From: an uncultured Muribaculaceae bacterium
GTDB lineage: Bacteria; Bacteroidota; Bacteroidia; Bacteroidales; UBA932
DNA length: 64,000 nt
Reading direction: 5' to 3'
Assembly (NCBI GenBank): GCA_964449975.1
Contig: CAYVED010000005.1
Location: 2,861-66,860 of the forward strand
In this document: piece after piece, positions 17,023 to 26,693 of the stretch
Position numbering within the stretch: position 1 is the first letter of the stretch
Layout of the letters: the number at the start of each line of letters is the position of its first letter
The notes under the pieces: generated by a model
Database searches by the model: none
The model's input: the letters and a program-made list of their open reading frames with translations, nothing else
What the model was told of the DNA's origin: nothing
Translations under genes and position numbers: made by a program

Positions 17023-18684
17023 ATGAAAAGAAACTTATTAAAAGCACTAGGTTTTGCTCTTCTAGGTTTGATGGTTGTTTCTTGTAGCAATCCATCAAAG
17101 ATGGCAAAACTTGCTAGCCAGGTTACAACAGAGTGTAACCCTCAGATTCTCGAAGCAAAAGCAGGTAAGATAAAAGCTGCTTACACTGTGGCATTTCCTG
17201 CAAAATATTTTGTAAAGAAAGCTATTCTGGATATTACTCCCGTACTTGTGTATGAAGGAGGAGAGGTAGCTGCACCCGTACTTTCCCTGCAAGGAGATAA
17301 GGTTCTTGATAACAATACCGTTATTTCTTATGACAACGGCGGTTCCGTAAGCAAGGAAGTTGAATTCAACTATGTTCCCGGTATGGAAAAAGCCGTTCTG
17401 GAATTAAGGGCTACTGTTTCAAACGCTTCCAGGACTAAAAACTTCATTTATCCCGCTCCTTTCAAAATAGCGGACGGTACCAATATTACTTATATGCTTG
17501 CATGTACCAAGGGCGTACCTTCTTTCGAGGCTGATAATTACCAGAAGATTATCAAAGAAAAAGAAGAAAGCCAGATACTTTACCTTATCAACAGCGCAAA
17601 TGTAAGGAGAAGCCAGCTCAAATCTTCGGAAATAAAAGAATTTGAAGAATTCCTTAAAAAAACCAAGGCAGATGAGCGCAGAACTATCGTTTCCAACGAT
17701 ATTATAGCTTATGCTTCTCCGGACGGAATATATAATAAAAATGAAAAGCTTTCCGAAAACAGGGCTAAAACGGCTAAGAACGCTTTTATTAAAACCATTA
17801 CCAAAAAAGTTGATGTAAAAGATATTCCTCTGAATGTTTCTCAAATCTCTGAGGACTGGGAAGGTTTCCAGGAATTGGTTTCAAAATCGGATATTCCTGA
17901 TAAAGACCTTATCTTACGTGTTCTTTCCATGTACTCAGACCCTAACGTAAGGGAAAGGGAAATAAGGAATATGTCAAACGTTTTCAAAATTCTTGCAGAA
18001 AAAGTACTTCCGGCATTGCGCAGAGCAAGATTCATAGCTAATGTTGAGTATAAGAACTGGACAGACGCGGAGCTTACCCAGATCATAGATGACAATATAG
18101 ACCAATTAGATGAAGAAGCTCTTCTTTACGGGGCTACATTGTTCGATACCGACGCTGCAAAAGCATCTATCTATAAAAAAGCCGCTGCAAAATTCAACAG
18201 CAGCCGCGCATACAACAACCTTGCAGCCCTTTATCTTAAAGAGGGTAAAACTTCCGATGCAAAATCGGCTTTAGGTAAAATGTCTGACAAATCCGCAAGC
18301 TACTACAACAATATGGGTGTAGCCGCTCTTCAGGAAAAAGATCTTGCAAAAGCTGCCGAATATCTTGCAAAATCCGATATTAAAGAAGCCAAAGAAAATA
18401 TGGGCTCTATTAATATTCTTACCGGTAACTATTCTCAGGCCGTAAACAACCTTAACGGAAGCCAGTCATTCAATGAGGCCCTTGCAAATGTTCTTACAAA
18501 CAACACGGGTAAAGCAGCTTCTATCCTTAAAGGAAAGACCTGTCCTAAATCGGCTTACCTGCGCGCCGTTATAGCAGCACGTCAGGGTAACGTTTCAGAG
18601 GCTAAAGCTCAACTGGAAACAGCTAAGAAAGATGCTGCTTTAGCTGCAAGAAGCCAGAAAGACATAGAGTTCGCAAAACTCTAA
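17023..18684 (+). CDS. hypothetical lipoprotein with C-terminal TPR-like repeats
   Basis: Lipobox LMVVSCSN. Length is 553 aa. The C-terminal third is rich in A/K/L helical repeats (YNNLAALYLKEGKTSDAKSAL...). Confidence 0.6.
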   Translation: MKRNLLKALGFALLGLMVVSCSNPSKMAKLASQVTTECNPQILEAKAGKIKAAYTVAFPAKYFVKKAILDITPVLVYEGGEVAAPVLSLQGDKVLDNNTVISYDNGGSVSKEVEFNYVPGMEKAVLELRATVSNASRTKNFIYPAPFKIADGTNITYMLACTKGVPSFEADNYQKIIKEKEESQILYLINSANVRRSQLKSSEIKEFEEFLKKTKADERRTIVSNDIIAYASPDGIYNKNEKLSENRAKTAKNAFIKTITKKVDVKDIPLNVSQISEDWEGFQELVSKSDIPDKDLILRVLSMYSDPNVREREIRNMSNVFKILAEKVLPALRRARFIANVEYKNWTDAELTQIIDDNIDQLDEEALLYGATLFDTDAAKASIYKKAAAKFNSSRAYNNLAALYLKEGKTSDAKSALGKMSDKSASYYNNMGVAALQEKDLAKAAEYLAKSDIKEAKENMGSINILTGNYSQAVNNLNGSQSFNEALANVLTNNTGKAASILKGKTCPKSAYLRAVIAARQGNVSEAKAQLETAKKDAALAARSQKDIEFAKL

Positions 18685-18732
18685 CAAAGAAGATCTTAAT
18701 AAAATCCGTACAGGATTAATCAATACCATCAG

Positions 18733-18762
18733 GTGTGTCTGGGCATTCAGGCACACTTTTTT
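18733..18762 (+). terminator. intrinsic terminator
   Basis: 9-bp stem gtgtgtctg / caggcacac (one G-U pair), 6-nt loop, then TTTTTT (18757-18762). Confidence 0.75.
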
Positions 18763-18781
18763 ATTACAGCCCCCGGCATCT

Positions 18782-18789
18782 CCCCCCCC
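18782..18789. repeat. C8 homopolymer tract
   Basis: tCCCCCCCCa read directly, in the intergenic region upstream of the glycosyltransferase gene. Confidence 0.9.
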
Positions 18790-18793
18790 ATCA

Positions 18794-18897
18794 CCCCAAT
18801 CGCTGCAACTTAAAGGTTATCAGAGCATTTGAAAATTCAACACTATAGTGTTGAATTTTGCTGCCAATTGATAATCTTTAAGTTGCAGCGGTTGGGG
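18794..18897. repeat. 104-bp nested palindrome (29-bp outer arms plus a perfect 28-bp inner palindrome)
   Basis: Outer arms 18794-18822 and 18869-18897 are 27/29 complementary. Inner aaaattcaacacta|tagtgttgaatttt (18832-18859) is a perfect palindrome. Confidence 0.85.
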
Positions 18898-18923
18898 TTG
18901 TTGAGGTTGTAATTCTTTTTTAA

Positions 18924-18931
18924 TATATTTG
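18924..18931 (+). promoter_or_regulatory. candidate -7 promoter box (TATATTTG) abutting the glycosyltransferase start
   Basis: TAnnTTTG match ending 5 nt before the ATG at 18937. Confidence 0.4.
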
Positions 18932-18936
18932 CAAAC

Positions 18937-20283
18937 ATGACAAAACTAATCATATTCACAAATACATACCCCTACGGTACGGGCGAAACTTTCCTGCATG
19001 AAGAGTTGCCGTTTGTCGCGCAAAAATTCAGTAAAGTAATCATTTTCCCGTTATATATTCCGGGAGGAACGGGAAATATCGGGAACATCGCCCTACGTCC
19101 GATCCCCGGTAACGTTATTGTAAAACGTCCCCTTATCGACTTCGATCATAAAGATAAAATGATGCTCCTGATTAACGGAATTATGCCGCGTTTTCCTATT
19201 GAGGCAATAAAGGAGTTTTTCAGCAGGAAAGTATTTTCGTCGGGAAAGAAATTATGGATATTTCTAAATTATACCCTGCTCAGAAACTCCGTTATCAATA
19301 ACCGGAGCGTTATTAAAGATGTTACGGCAGAGATAAAAAACAGCACAGCCGTTTATATGTACTGGGGGGACAAATCCGCCCTGATTATACCCTATATCAA
19401 AAAACGGCTGAAACATGCACCGAAGTTCATAGTAAGATTTCACGGTTCGGATCTGTATGAAGAGGCCAAAGGATATATCCCTTACAGAAAATCCATTTAT
19501 AAGAATACCGATTATGCCGTCCCGATTTCAAATAACGGCGCGGAATATATAAAACAAAATTATCCGGATACCCTTCCCGATAAAATAAAAGTGCACAAAC
19601 TGGGAAGCCACTCACACTGCATGCCTGAAACGATCCCGCCGGCAACGGAATTCTTTCATATTGTAAGCTGCTCAAACGTAATAGAACTGAAAAGAGTTGA
19701 TATGATAGCCAAAGCGCTCCTTAAAATAGAGCAGGACATCCCGTTTATAGAGAGGATGGCGGAAGCCGGTTATAAAAAAATAAAATGGACCCATATAGGA
19801 GACGGCCCGTTGTTAGAAAAAGTTAAGGGATTGTTTAAGACAGGGACATCTGTAATTTTCCCCAACTTTACCGGCAACCTCAGCCACGATAAAGTTATGG
19901 AGTATTACAGTACGCACCGAACCGAACTTTTCATACAGGTAAGCCGCAGCGAAGGCATACCGGTATCCGTAATGGAAGCATTATCTTTCGGGACCCCCGT
20001 AATAGCGACAAATGTAGGCGGGGTAGGAGAACTGTTCGGGTGTATCGGGGAAAATAACGGCGGTACAGCGGTAACGACCGGGGGAAAATGTACCTACGGA
20101 ACGCTTCTCGCTCCGGATGTTACAATAGAACAACTGGAAAAAGCCATTAAAGGGAATATTCTGCTTCCCGATAAAAAACAGGAAGAGGCACGTTCTGCCG
20201 CCCGCATGGAGTGGGAAAAGAACTGGAACAGCGAGAAGAATTACAGCGGATTCGCAGAATTCCTTTCAAATATCAACACCTAA
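18937..20283 (+). CDS. glycosyltransferase (GT4/GT-B fold)
   Basis: C-terminal [24 protein letters not shown] (E-x7-E region). Length is 448 aa. Confidence 0.8.
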   Translation: MTKLIIFTNTYPYGTGETFLHEELPFVAQKFSKVIIFPLYIPGGTGNIGNIALRPIPGNVIVKRPLIDFDHKDKMMLLINGIMPRFPIEAIKEFFSRKVFSSGKKLWIFLNYTLLRNSVINNRSVIKDVTAEIKNSTAVYMYWGDKSALIIPYIKKRLKHAPKFIVRFHGSDLYEEAKGYIPYRKSIYKNTDYAVPISNNGAEYIKQNYPDTLPDKIKVHKLGSHSHCMPETIPPATEFFHIVSCSNVIELKRVDMIAKALLKIEQDIPFIERMAEAGYKKIKWTHIGDGPLLEKVKGLFKTGTSVIFPNFTGNLSHDKVMEYYSTHRTELFIQVSRSEGIPVSVMEALSFGTPVIATNVGGVGELFGCIGENNGGTAVTTGGKCTYGTLLAPDVTIEQLEKAIKGNILLPDKKQEEARSAARMEWEKNWNSEKNYSGFAEFLSNINT

Positions 20284-22067
20284 TCGAGCTTGAGTACCGC
20301 CATGAAAGCACTCTGCGGAACCTCTACATTACCAACCTGGCGCATACGGCGTTTCCCTTTTTTCTGTTTCTCCAGAAGTTTTCGTTTTCTTGAAATATCC
20401 CCTCCGTAACATTTTGCGGTAACGTCCTTACGAACGGCCTTAACGGTTTCCCTGGCGATAATCTTAGCTCCGATAGCCGCCTGTATAGCTATATCGAACT
20501 GCTGGCGCGGTATAAGTTCTCTCAGTTTTTCGCACATTTTCCGACCGAAATCATACGAATGATCCTTGTGGATGAGACTTGAAAGAGCGTCCACCGGTTC
20601 CCCGTTAAGAAGAATATCCAGTTTTACAAGATCCGCATCCTTATACCCCGTAACATGATAATCAAAAGAAGCGTAACCCTTTGATATAGATTTTAACTTA
20701 TCGTAGAAATCAAATACTATCTCTGCTAAAGGCATATCAAAATTAAGCTCTACGCGCTCGCTGGTTAGAAAATGCTGGCTAGTCAGAACGCCTCTTTTAT
20801 CAAGGCACAACTTCATTATAGCCCCGAAAAATTCGCTTTTGGATATTACCTGGGCGCGTATATAAGGCTCCTCTATATGGTCTATCAGGGTAACGGCCGG
20901 AAGGCCCGAAGGATTATGCACATCCAATACCTCTCCTTTAACGGTATATACTTTATAAGAGACGTTAGGAACGGTAGTAATGCAATCCATATCGAACTCC
21001 CTGAACAGACGCTCCTGCACAATCTCAAGATGCAGCAGCCCCAGGAACCCGCAACGGAACCCGAAACCCAGTGCAAGGGAACTTTCAGGCTCGAAAACAA
21101 GGGAAGCATCGTTAAGCTGCAATTTCTCCAGAGAAGTTCTCAGATCCTCATATTCATCCGTCTCAACCGGATAAACCCCGGCAAATACCATAGGCTTGAC
21201 TTCTTCGAATCCGGCAATAGCGTGCGAACAGGGGTTATCGCATTTTGTAATAGTATCTCCCACTTTTACCTCAACCGCACTTTTTATTCCTGATATTATA
21301 TATCCCACATCTCCGGTTTTAATCTCATTTTTCGGACACAGCTTCATCCTGAGAACTCCCACTTCATCAGCTACATATTCCTTTCCCGTATTGAAGAACT
21401 TGACTTTATCCCCCTTTTTTATCGAACCGTTTTCAACTTTAAAATATGCGATGATTCCCCGGAACGAATTGAACACCGAGTCGAAGATCAACGCCTGTAA
21501 AGGGGAATCCGGATCGCCTTTAGGAGACGGAACCCTATCCACTATGGCATCCAGTATATCAGGAACGCCCTGCCCCGTTTTGCCGCTGGCAAGAAGTATG
21601 TCTTCATCCTTACAACCGATAAGATCTATAATCTGATCCTTCACAACCTCCACCATAGCCGCATCCATATCTATCTTATTTACTATCGGGATGATTTCCA
21701 GATCATGGTTTAATGCCAGATAAAGATTTGAAATCGTCTGCGCCTGTATCCCCTGCGTGGCATCAACTATTAAAAGCGCCCCTTCACAGGAGGCGATAGC
21801 GCGGGAAACCTCATAGGAGAAATCCACATGCCCCGGCGTATCCAACAGATTAAGAGTGTAATTTTCACCGCCCCTGCTATATTCCATTTGTATGGCGTGG
21901 CTCTTTATAGTAATGCCTTTCTCTTTCTCCAAATCCATAGAGTCCAGCACCTGGTTCTCCATCTCTCTCTCCGAAAGAGTATTAGTGGCTTCGAGCAATC
22001 TGTCGGCCAAAGTACTTTTTCCGTGGTCAATATGGGCTATAATGCAAAAGTTCCTTATATTTTTCAT
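20280..22067 (-). CDS. lepA: elongation factor 4 (LepA)
   Basis: [30 protein letters not shown], and the LepA C-terminal domain ...[24 protein letters not shown]. Confidence 0.95.
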   Translation of the reverse strand: MKNIRNFCIIAHIDHGKSTLADRLLEATNTLSEREMENQVLDSMDLEKEKGITIKSHAIQMEYSRGGENYTLNLLDTPGHVDFSYEVSRAIASCEGALLIVDATQGIQAQTISNLYLALNHDLEIIPIVNKIDMDAAMVEVVKDQIIDLIGCKDEDILLASGKTGQGVPDILDAIVDRVPSPKGDPDSPLQALIFDSVFNSFRGIIAYFKVENGSIKKGDKVKFFNTGKEYVADEVGVLRMKLCPKNEIKTGDVGYIISGIKSAVEVKVGDTITKCDNPCSHAIAGFEEVKPMVFAGVYPVETDEYEDLRTSLEKLQLNDASLVFEPESSLALGFGFRCGFLGLLHLEIVQERLFREFDMDCITTVPNVSYKVYTVKGEVLDVHNPSGLPAVTLIDHIEEPYIRAQVISKSEFFGAIMKLCLDKRGVLTSQHFLTSERVELNFDMPLAEIVFDFYDKLKSISKGYASFDYHVTGYKDADLVKLDILLNGEPVDALSSLIHKDHSYDFGRKMCEKLRELIPRQQFDIAIQAAIGAKIIARETVKAVRKDVTAKCYGGDISRKRKLLEKQKKGKRRMRQVGNVEVPQSAFMAVLKLD

Positions 22068-22136
22068 CTAACTTAAATATTTATCAATAAACGATTACCC
22101 TGCTTTTTGTATTATTCGGGAGAAGATAATAGCCTG

Positions 22137-22144
22137 CAAATATA
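22137..22144 (-). promoter_or_regulatory. candidate -7 promoter box (TATATTTG) for lepA
   Basis: Minus-strand TAnnTTTG match 69 nt upstream of the lepA ATG. Confidence 0.4.
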
Positions 22145-22258
22145 CACATTTTTACGGTATTTTTAAGACCGTCCGTTCCGCTTATTATTTATTAGTAAAA
22201 CAGCTTGTTTTTTAACAAATTATAAACTAAATTCGCAAAAATAAAAAATCAGCATTTT

Positions 22259-23107
22259 ATGTCTAATATTCAAAAGCTCAGTGATATAGCATCTCAGATA
22301 AGGAGAGATATTATAAGAATGGTAACGGCTGCGCAAAGCGGACATCCGGGTGGAAGTCTCAGCAGTACGGATATAATGACCGCCCTTTTTTTCAGTGAAA
22401 TGAAGCATTCCCCGGAAAAATGGGACAGAAGCGGAAAAGGAAATGATATGTTCTTCCTATCCGCAGGGCATATTTCCCCGGTTTTCTACAGCACTCTGGC
22501 CCGCAGCGGATATTTTCCGATAAAAGAACTCTCCTCTTTCAGGGTTTTCGGAAGCCGTTTGCAGGGACACCCTTCCGTAGACAAAGGATTGCCGGGAGTG
22601 TACCAGGCAGCAGGCTCTCTCGGACAGGGACTTTCCGTTGCTGCGGGAGCGGCTTTGGGCAAGAGGCTGGATAAAGAGAATAACTATGTATACGTGCTGG
22701 TGGGAGACGGAGAAACCGAAGAAGGACAGATATGGGAGGCCGCAATGTTCGCCGCTCACCATAAACTCAATAATCTCATAGCTATCACCGACTGGAACGG
22801 ACAACAGATAGACGGAACCACCGAATCGGTTATGGGCATAGGAGACCTTGAAGCCAAATGGAAAGCATTCGGCTGGAACGTAATCGTATGCGACGGTCAT
22901 AATATGGAAAAAATACTCGCGTCATTCAATCGTGCCAAACAAATGGAAGCGGAACAGGAAAAGCCTGTAATGATACTTATGAAAACGATTATGGGCAAGG
23001 GTGTAGATTTCATGGAAGGTACCTGCGAATGGCACGGAAAAGCTCCGAAACCCGAACAACAGGATAAAGCGCTTTCACAATTAAATGAAACACTCGGAGA
23101 CTTCTAA
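22259..23107 (+). CDS. transketolase, N-terminal (TPP-binding) subunit
   Basis: SGHPGGSLS, GSLGQGLS and GDGETEEGQIWEA motifs. Length is 282 aa. Confidence 0.9.
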   Translation: MSNIQKLSDIASQIRRDIIRMVTAAQSGHPGGSLSSTDIMTALFFSEMKHSPEKWDRSGKGNDMFFLSAGHISPVFYSTLARSGYFPIKELSSFRVFGSRLQGHPSVDKGLPGVYQAAGSLGQGLSVAAGAALGKRLDKENNYVYVLVGDGETEEGQIWEAAMFAAHHKLNNLIAITDWNGQQIDGTTESVMGIGDLEAKWKAFGWNVIVCDGHNMEKILASFNRAKQMEAEQEKPVMILMKTIMGKGVDFMEGTCEWHGKAPKPEQQDKALSQLNETLGDF

Positions 23108-23202
23108 AATCCGATCCTATTGATAATAAGTTCTTTGAAGGCTTGAACAACCCGTGCTGAACTCTGTTATTATATACAGTTTTAATAAATATATAATAAT
23201 GT

Positions 23203-23826
23203 ATGAGAATATTTAAATTAGCACTATTTGTTTTTGTAAGCGTCGCCGTTACCTCATGTAACTGGGGACCGGGCGCACTCGATGAGACACAGGATCAGAT
23301 TCTCACGGTTGCTTACAAATCTGAAACCGCAGACTTCTCAAAGTTTCAGACTTATGCGATTACAGACTCAATATCTGTTGTATATAACGGAAAGAAGTTC
23401 AGACTCCGCAATGACACAACGGATATGATAATTGCGCAGGTTGTTCAGAATATGGACAAATACGGATATAAGATGATAGAAGCATCCGGAAATCCGAATC
23501 TTATTGTAGACGTATCTTACATCCAGTCTACAAACACGACCATTTATCCCGGTTACTGGAACGACTGGAACTGGTGGTGGGATTACTACTATTATCCCTG
23601 GGGTTCCTGGTATCCGTACTATCCTTACCACATGCCAACCGTTGTTTCTTCCTATACTACGGGAAGTGTGATAATTGAAATTGCAGACATGGTTAATGTC
23701 GCTACCGAACCTACCGTACCTATCGTATGGCACGGCTTGATAAGAAGCATCCTTAACGGTACGCATTCACAGGCACAATTATCATCATCAATTAACGAGG
23801 TATTCACAATACTGCCTCCTAAATAA
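23203..23826 (+). CDS. DUF4136-like lipoprotein with a W/Y-rich segment
   Basis: Lipobox AVTSCNW. The aromatic run YPGYWNDWNWWWDYYYYPWGSWYPYYPYHMP is typical of this family as I remember it. Confidence 0.5.
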   Translation: MRIFKLALFVFVSVAVTSCNWGPGALDETQDQILTVAYKSETADFSKFQTYAITDSISVVYNGKKFRLRNDTTDMIIAQVVQNMDKYGYKMIEASGNPNLIVDVSYIQSTNTTIYPGYWNDWNWWWDYYYYPWGSWYPYYPYHMPTVVSSYTTGSVIIEIADMVNVATEPTVPIVWHGLIRSILNGTHSQAQLSSSINEVFTILPPK

Positions 23827-23845
23827 TTTAACACATTAAGAGTAT

Positions 23846-24481
23846 ATGAAGAAAATAATTTTGATTATGGCAATAGGCTTAAGTTGTGTTAGCATGGGGA
23901 AAGCACAATCTTACGGCAACAATATGAGACAGATTTTCTCACTCAATTACCAGATGAGCGTTCCGCTTGGAAGTTCGAGAGATTTTGTTTCAAAAATGAG
24001 CTTCGAAGGTATAAATATCAACTGGGCGTATTTTGTAACGCAAAGGCTGGCGGTAGGTGTCGATTTCACATATAACAATTACCATCAGAAGATTGGACAA
24101 AAGATTTACCGTCCAAATGACTTCACTGCTGTTAATGCGGCACAATACAGATACACACAGGTATTTCCGCTTAAAGCGCAGGTAAAATACTTTTTTACTC
24201 CCGACAGATTCATAAAGGCTTATGCCGGATTGGGTATGGGGGCGTTAAGTGCAGGCGAGCACATTATAATTCAGGATATAGACGCATGGAATAACACGTG
24301 GGGATTCCTGTTGTCTCCCGAAGCAGGCATACTGATTCCTTTCGGACGGGATGCCAACTGGGGAGCAAATGTAACGGCAGGTTACAACTGGAGCACCAAC
24401 AGCAGTACATTCGGAAATATCAAAATAGACAACAGACAGGCGTTCTACTTTAATGTGGGCCTTTACGTATCTCTATTTTAA
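23846..24481 (+). CDS. outer-membrane beta-barrel protein (OmpW/porin-like)
   Basis: Signal peptide MKKIILIMAIGLSCVSMGKAQ, alternating strands and a C-terminal F. Confidence 0.6.
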   Translation: MKKIILIMAIGLSCVSMGKAQSYGNNMRQIFSLNYQMSVPLGSSRDFVSKMSFEGININWAYFVTQRLAVGVDFTYNNYHQKIGQKIYRPNDFTAVNAAQYRYTQVFPLKAQVKYFFTPDRFIKAYAGLGMGALSAGEHIIIQDIDAWNNTWGFLLSPEAGILIPFGRDANWGANVTAGYNWSTNSSTFGNIKIDNRQAFYFNVGLYVSLF

Positions 24482-24538
24482 GGAAATACAATGACTGCCG
24501 AACAAACATAACAATACTAAATATCTTAAACAACTATA

Positions 24539-25498
24539 ATGGAAAGAAAACAATTCATAAATACCGGCAACAAGGACACCAGAAGTGGCTTTGGAGCCGG
24601 TTTGTCTGTATTAGGCAATGAAAACGAAAACGTGGTGGCGCTTTGCGCCGATCTTACCGGATCATTAAAAATGGAGGCGTTTGCAAAGGCGCATCCCGAC
24701 AGATTTTTCCAATCGGGTATTGCGGAAGCAAATATGATAGGCGTAGGAGCGGGACTGGCCCTGACGGGGAAAATCCCGTTTGTAGGTTCTTTTGCCGCAT
24801 TCGCCACAGGCCGCGTTTACGACCAGGTCCGCCAAAGCATAGCCTATTCGGACAATAATGTAAAAATCGCCGCTTCCCATGCGGGAATAACCTTAGGCGA
24901 GGACGGTGCCACCCATCAGATACTCGAAGATATGGGACTGATGAGAATGTTGCCGAACATGGTTGTGATAAATCCGTGCGATTACAACCAGACAAAAGCC
25001 GCAACTATTGCAGCCGGAGAGTATAAAGGCCCGGTATATTTAAGGTTCGGACGGCCGTCAGTTCCTAATTTCACTCCTGAAGACCAGAAACTTGAAATAG
25101 GAAAAGCCCTTAAACTGACAGAAGGAAAAGATGTTACGGTTTTTGCGACCGGACATCTCGTATGGGAAGCTATACAAGCCGCCGAAGCATTGGAGAAAGA
25201 GGGAATATATGCGGAGGTGATAAATATACATACGATCAAACCTCTCGATACAAAAGCCGTTCTGGAATCGGTTGCAAAAACCGGAGCGGCAGTGGTTGCG
25301 GAAGAACACTTTATAGCCGGAGGATTAGGAGAGCTTATAGCAGGGACACTAGCCGCTTTCGAACCTGCCCCCGTAGAATATGTGGCTATAAATGACAAGT
25401 TCGGACAAAGCGGAACCCCTTCCGAACTTATGAAAGCCTACGGACTTGATGCAGAGCATATAATAAAATCCGCAAAAAAAGTTATCGCCCGCAAATAG
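24539..25498 (+). CDS. transketolase, C-terminal (pyrimidine-binding) subunit
   Basis: GIAEANMIGVGAGLA, DGATHQ and the C-terminal domain. Length is 319 aa. Confidence 0.9.
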   Translation: MERKQFINTGNKDTRSGFGAGLSVLGNENENVVALCADLTGSLKMEAFAKAHPDRFFQSGIAEANMIGVGAGLALTGKIPFVGSFAAFATGRVYDQVRQSIAYSDNNVKIAASHAGITLGEDGATHQILEDMGLMRMLPNMVVINPCDYNQTKAATIAAGEYKGPVYLRFGRPSVPNFTPEDQKLEIGKALKLTEGKDVTVFATGHLVWEAIQAAEALEKEGIYAEVINIHTIKPLDTKAVLESVAKTGAAVVAEEHFIAGGLGELIAGTLAAFEPAPVEYVAINDKFGQSGTPSELMKAYGLDAEHIIKSAKKVIARK

Positions 25499-25548
25499 AA
25501 CAGCACAATTTTTGTAATTTCTATTACACCTTACAAACAATTACACCG

Positions 25549-26097
25549 GTGGAAGACACGGAGATACTTAAAGCATATAGAGAAGATGGCAGGCAGGAGT
25601 ATGCCTTTAACCTCCTTGTACGTAAATACAGTGAAAGATTATATTGGCACATCAGGAAGCTCACAAGCTCCCATGATGATGCCAACGATCTTTTACAGAC
25701 CACATTCATAAAAGTATGGAAAAGTCTGCCCAAATTCAGGGAAGAATCCAAATTATATACGTGGTTATATCGCATAGCTACAAATGAGACACTTACATTT
25801 CTAAAAAAGAAGCGGTTTTCATCGGTTATCTCGTTAAGCAGTTACGATATGATAATGGAAAATAAACTGCGGAGCGACAAAAGTTTTAACGGAGACCGGT
25901 TGCAATACGCCCTGCATAAAGCAATAATCAAGTTGCCCGACAAACAACGGGCAGTATTCAATCTGCGATATTTCCAGGAGATGAAATATGAAGAAATATC
26001 GGAAATAATGAACACCTCCGTAGGAGCGCTGAAAGCTTCTTATCATCATGCCTATAAAAAAATTAAAACCGAACTTGAAGAGAATTTCGACGAATAA
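25549..26097 (+). CDS. ECF-type RNA polymerase sigma-70 factor (GTG start)
   Basis: Region 2 DDANDLLQTTFIKVW and region 4 RYFQEMKYEEISEIMNTSVGALKASYHHAYKKI. Confidence 0.85.
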   Translation: MEDTEILKAYREDGRQEYAFNLLVRKYSERLYWHIRKLTSSHDDANDLLQTTFIKVWKSLPKFREESKLYTWLYRIATNETLTFLKKKRFSSVISLSSYDMIMENKLRSDKSFNGDRLQYALHKAIIKLPDKQRAVFNLRYFQEMKYEEISEIMNTSVGALKASYHHAYKKIKTELEENFDE

Positions 26098-26155
26098 CTT
26101 TAAACGGAATTAATCCTTTTTAAAAAACAACAGTCTAAACAGCATAACGAACAAT

Positions 26156-26668
26156 ATGAACAGGAACAAACATATAGACAACAGGATTGATAAGGGGAAC
26201 AGTAATGACATTCTGAATACTACCTCCCTTAAAAACAATCCTTTTACCGTTCCCGATGAATATTTCAGCCGTATGGAAGAGCAGTTGCATGCCCGGATAC
26301 ATAATACGGCGGAAAAAAAGAATCCTGTTCCTCCTGCTTTACGGACGGCATTTGCTATGGCTGCGATGTTCGCTCTTGTATTCGGACTAGGTTACAGCAT
26401 ATTATATATTACAGGAACACACAACGGCCCCTTAAAACAGACGATCGTCCCGGATAATACTGCATCCATTGAGGATCGTACCGATATTCCAAAAGAATCC
26501 CTGTCGGACGAAGAACTGCTACAATACTACGGAGCATATTATACATATCCTGCGGAAACGCTGGAGACGATAGATATAGTACCGCCTCCCGTAAACAAAG
26601 AAGAGATAGAACAATATTTGATAGAGAGCAACGTACCGTCCTTTACGATACTTGCCGCATTAGAATGA
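26156..26668 (+). CDS. putative anti-sigma-like membrane protein
   Basis: It follows the ECF sigma gene and has one TM helix (AFAMAAMFALVFGLGYSILYI). No recognisable catalytic motif. Confidence 0.45.
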   Translation: MNRNKHIDNRIDKGNSNDILNTTSLKNNPFTVPDEYFSRMEEQLHARIHNTAEKKNPVPPALRTAFAMAAMFALVFGLGYSILYITGTHNGPLKQTIVPDNTASIEDRTDIPKESLSDEELLQYYGAYYTYPAETLETIDIVPPPVNKEEIEQYLIESNVPSFTILAALE

Positions 26669-26693
26669 AGATAACAAATAATCAATTATATAT

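Noticed and set aside
18794-18897. Interpretation of the large inverted repeat as an invertible promoter (inverton)
   Set aside because: The segment between the arms is only 46 bp and is itself palindromic, so inversion would change almost nothing. No invertase gene is nearby. I keep it as an unexplained palindrome instead.
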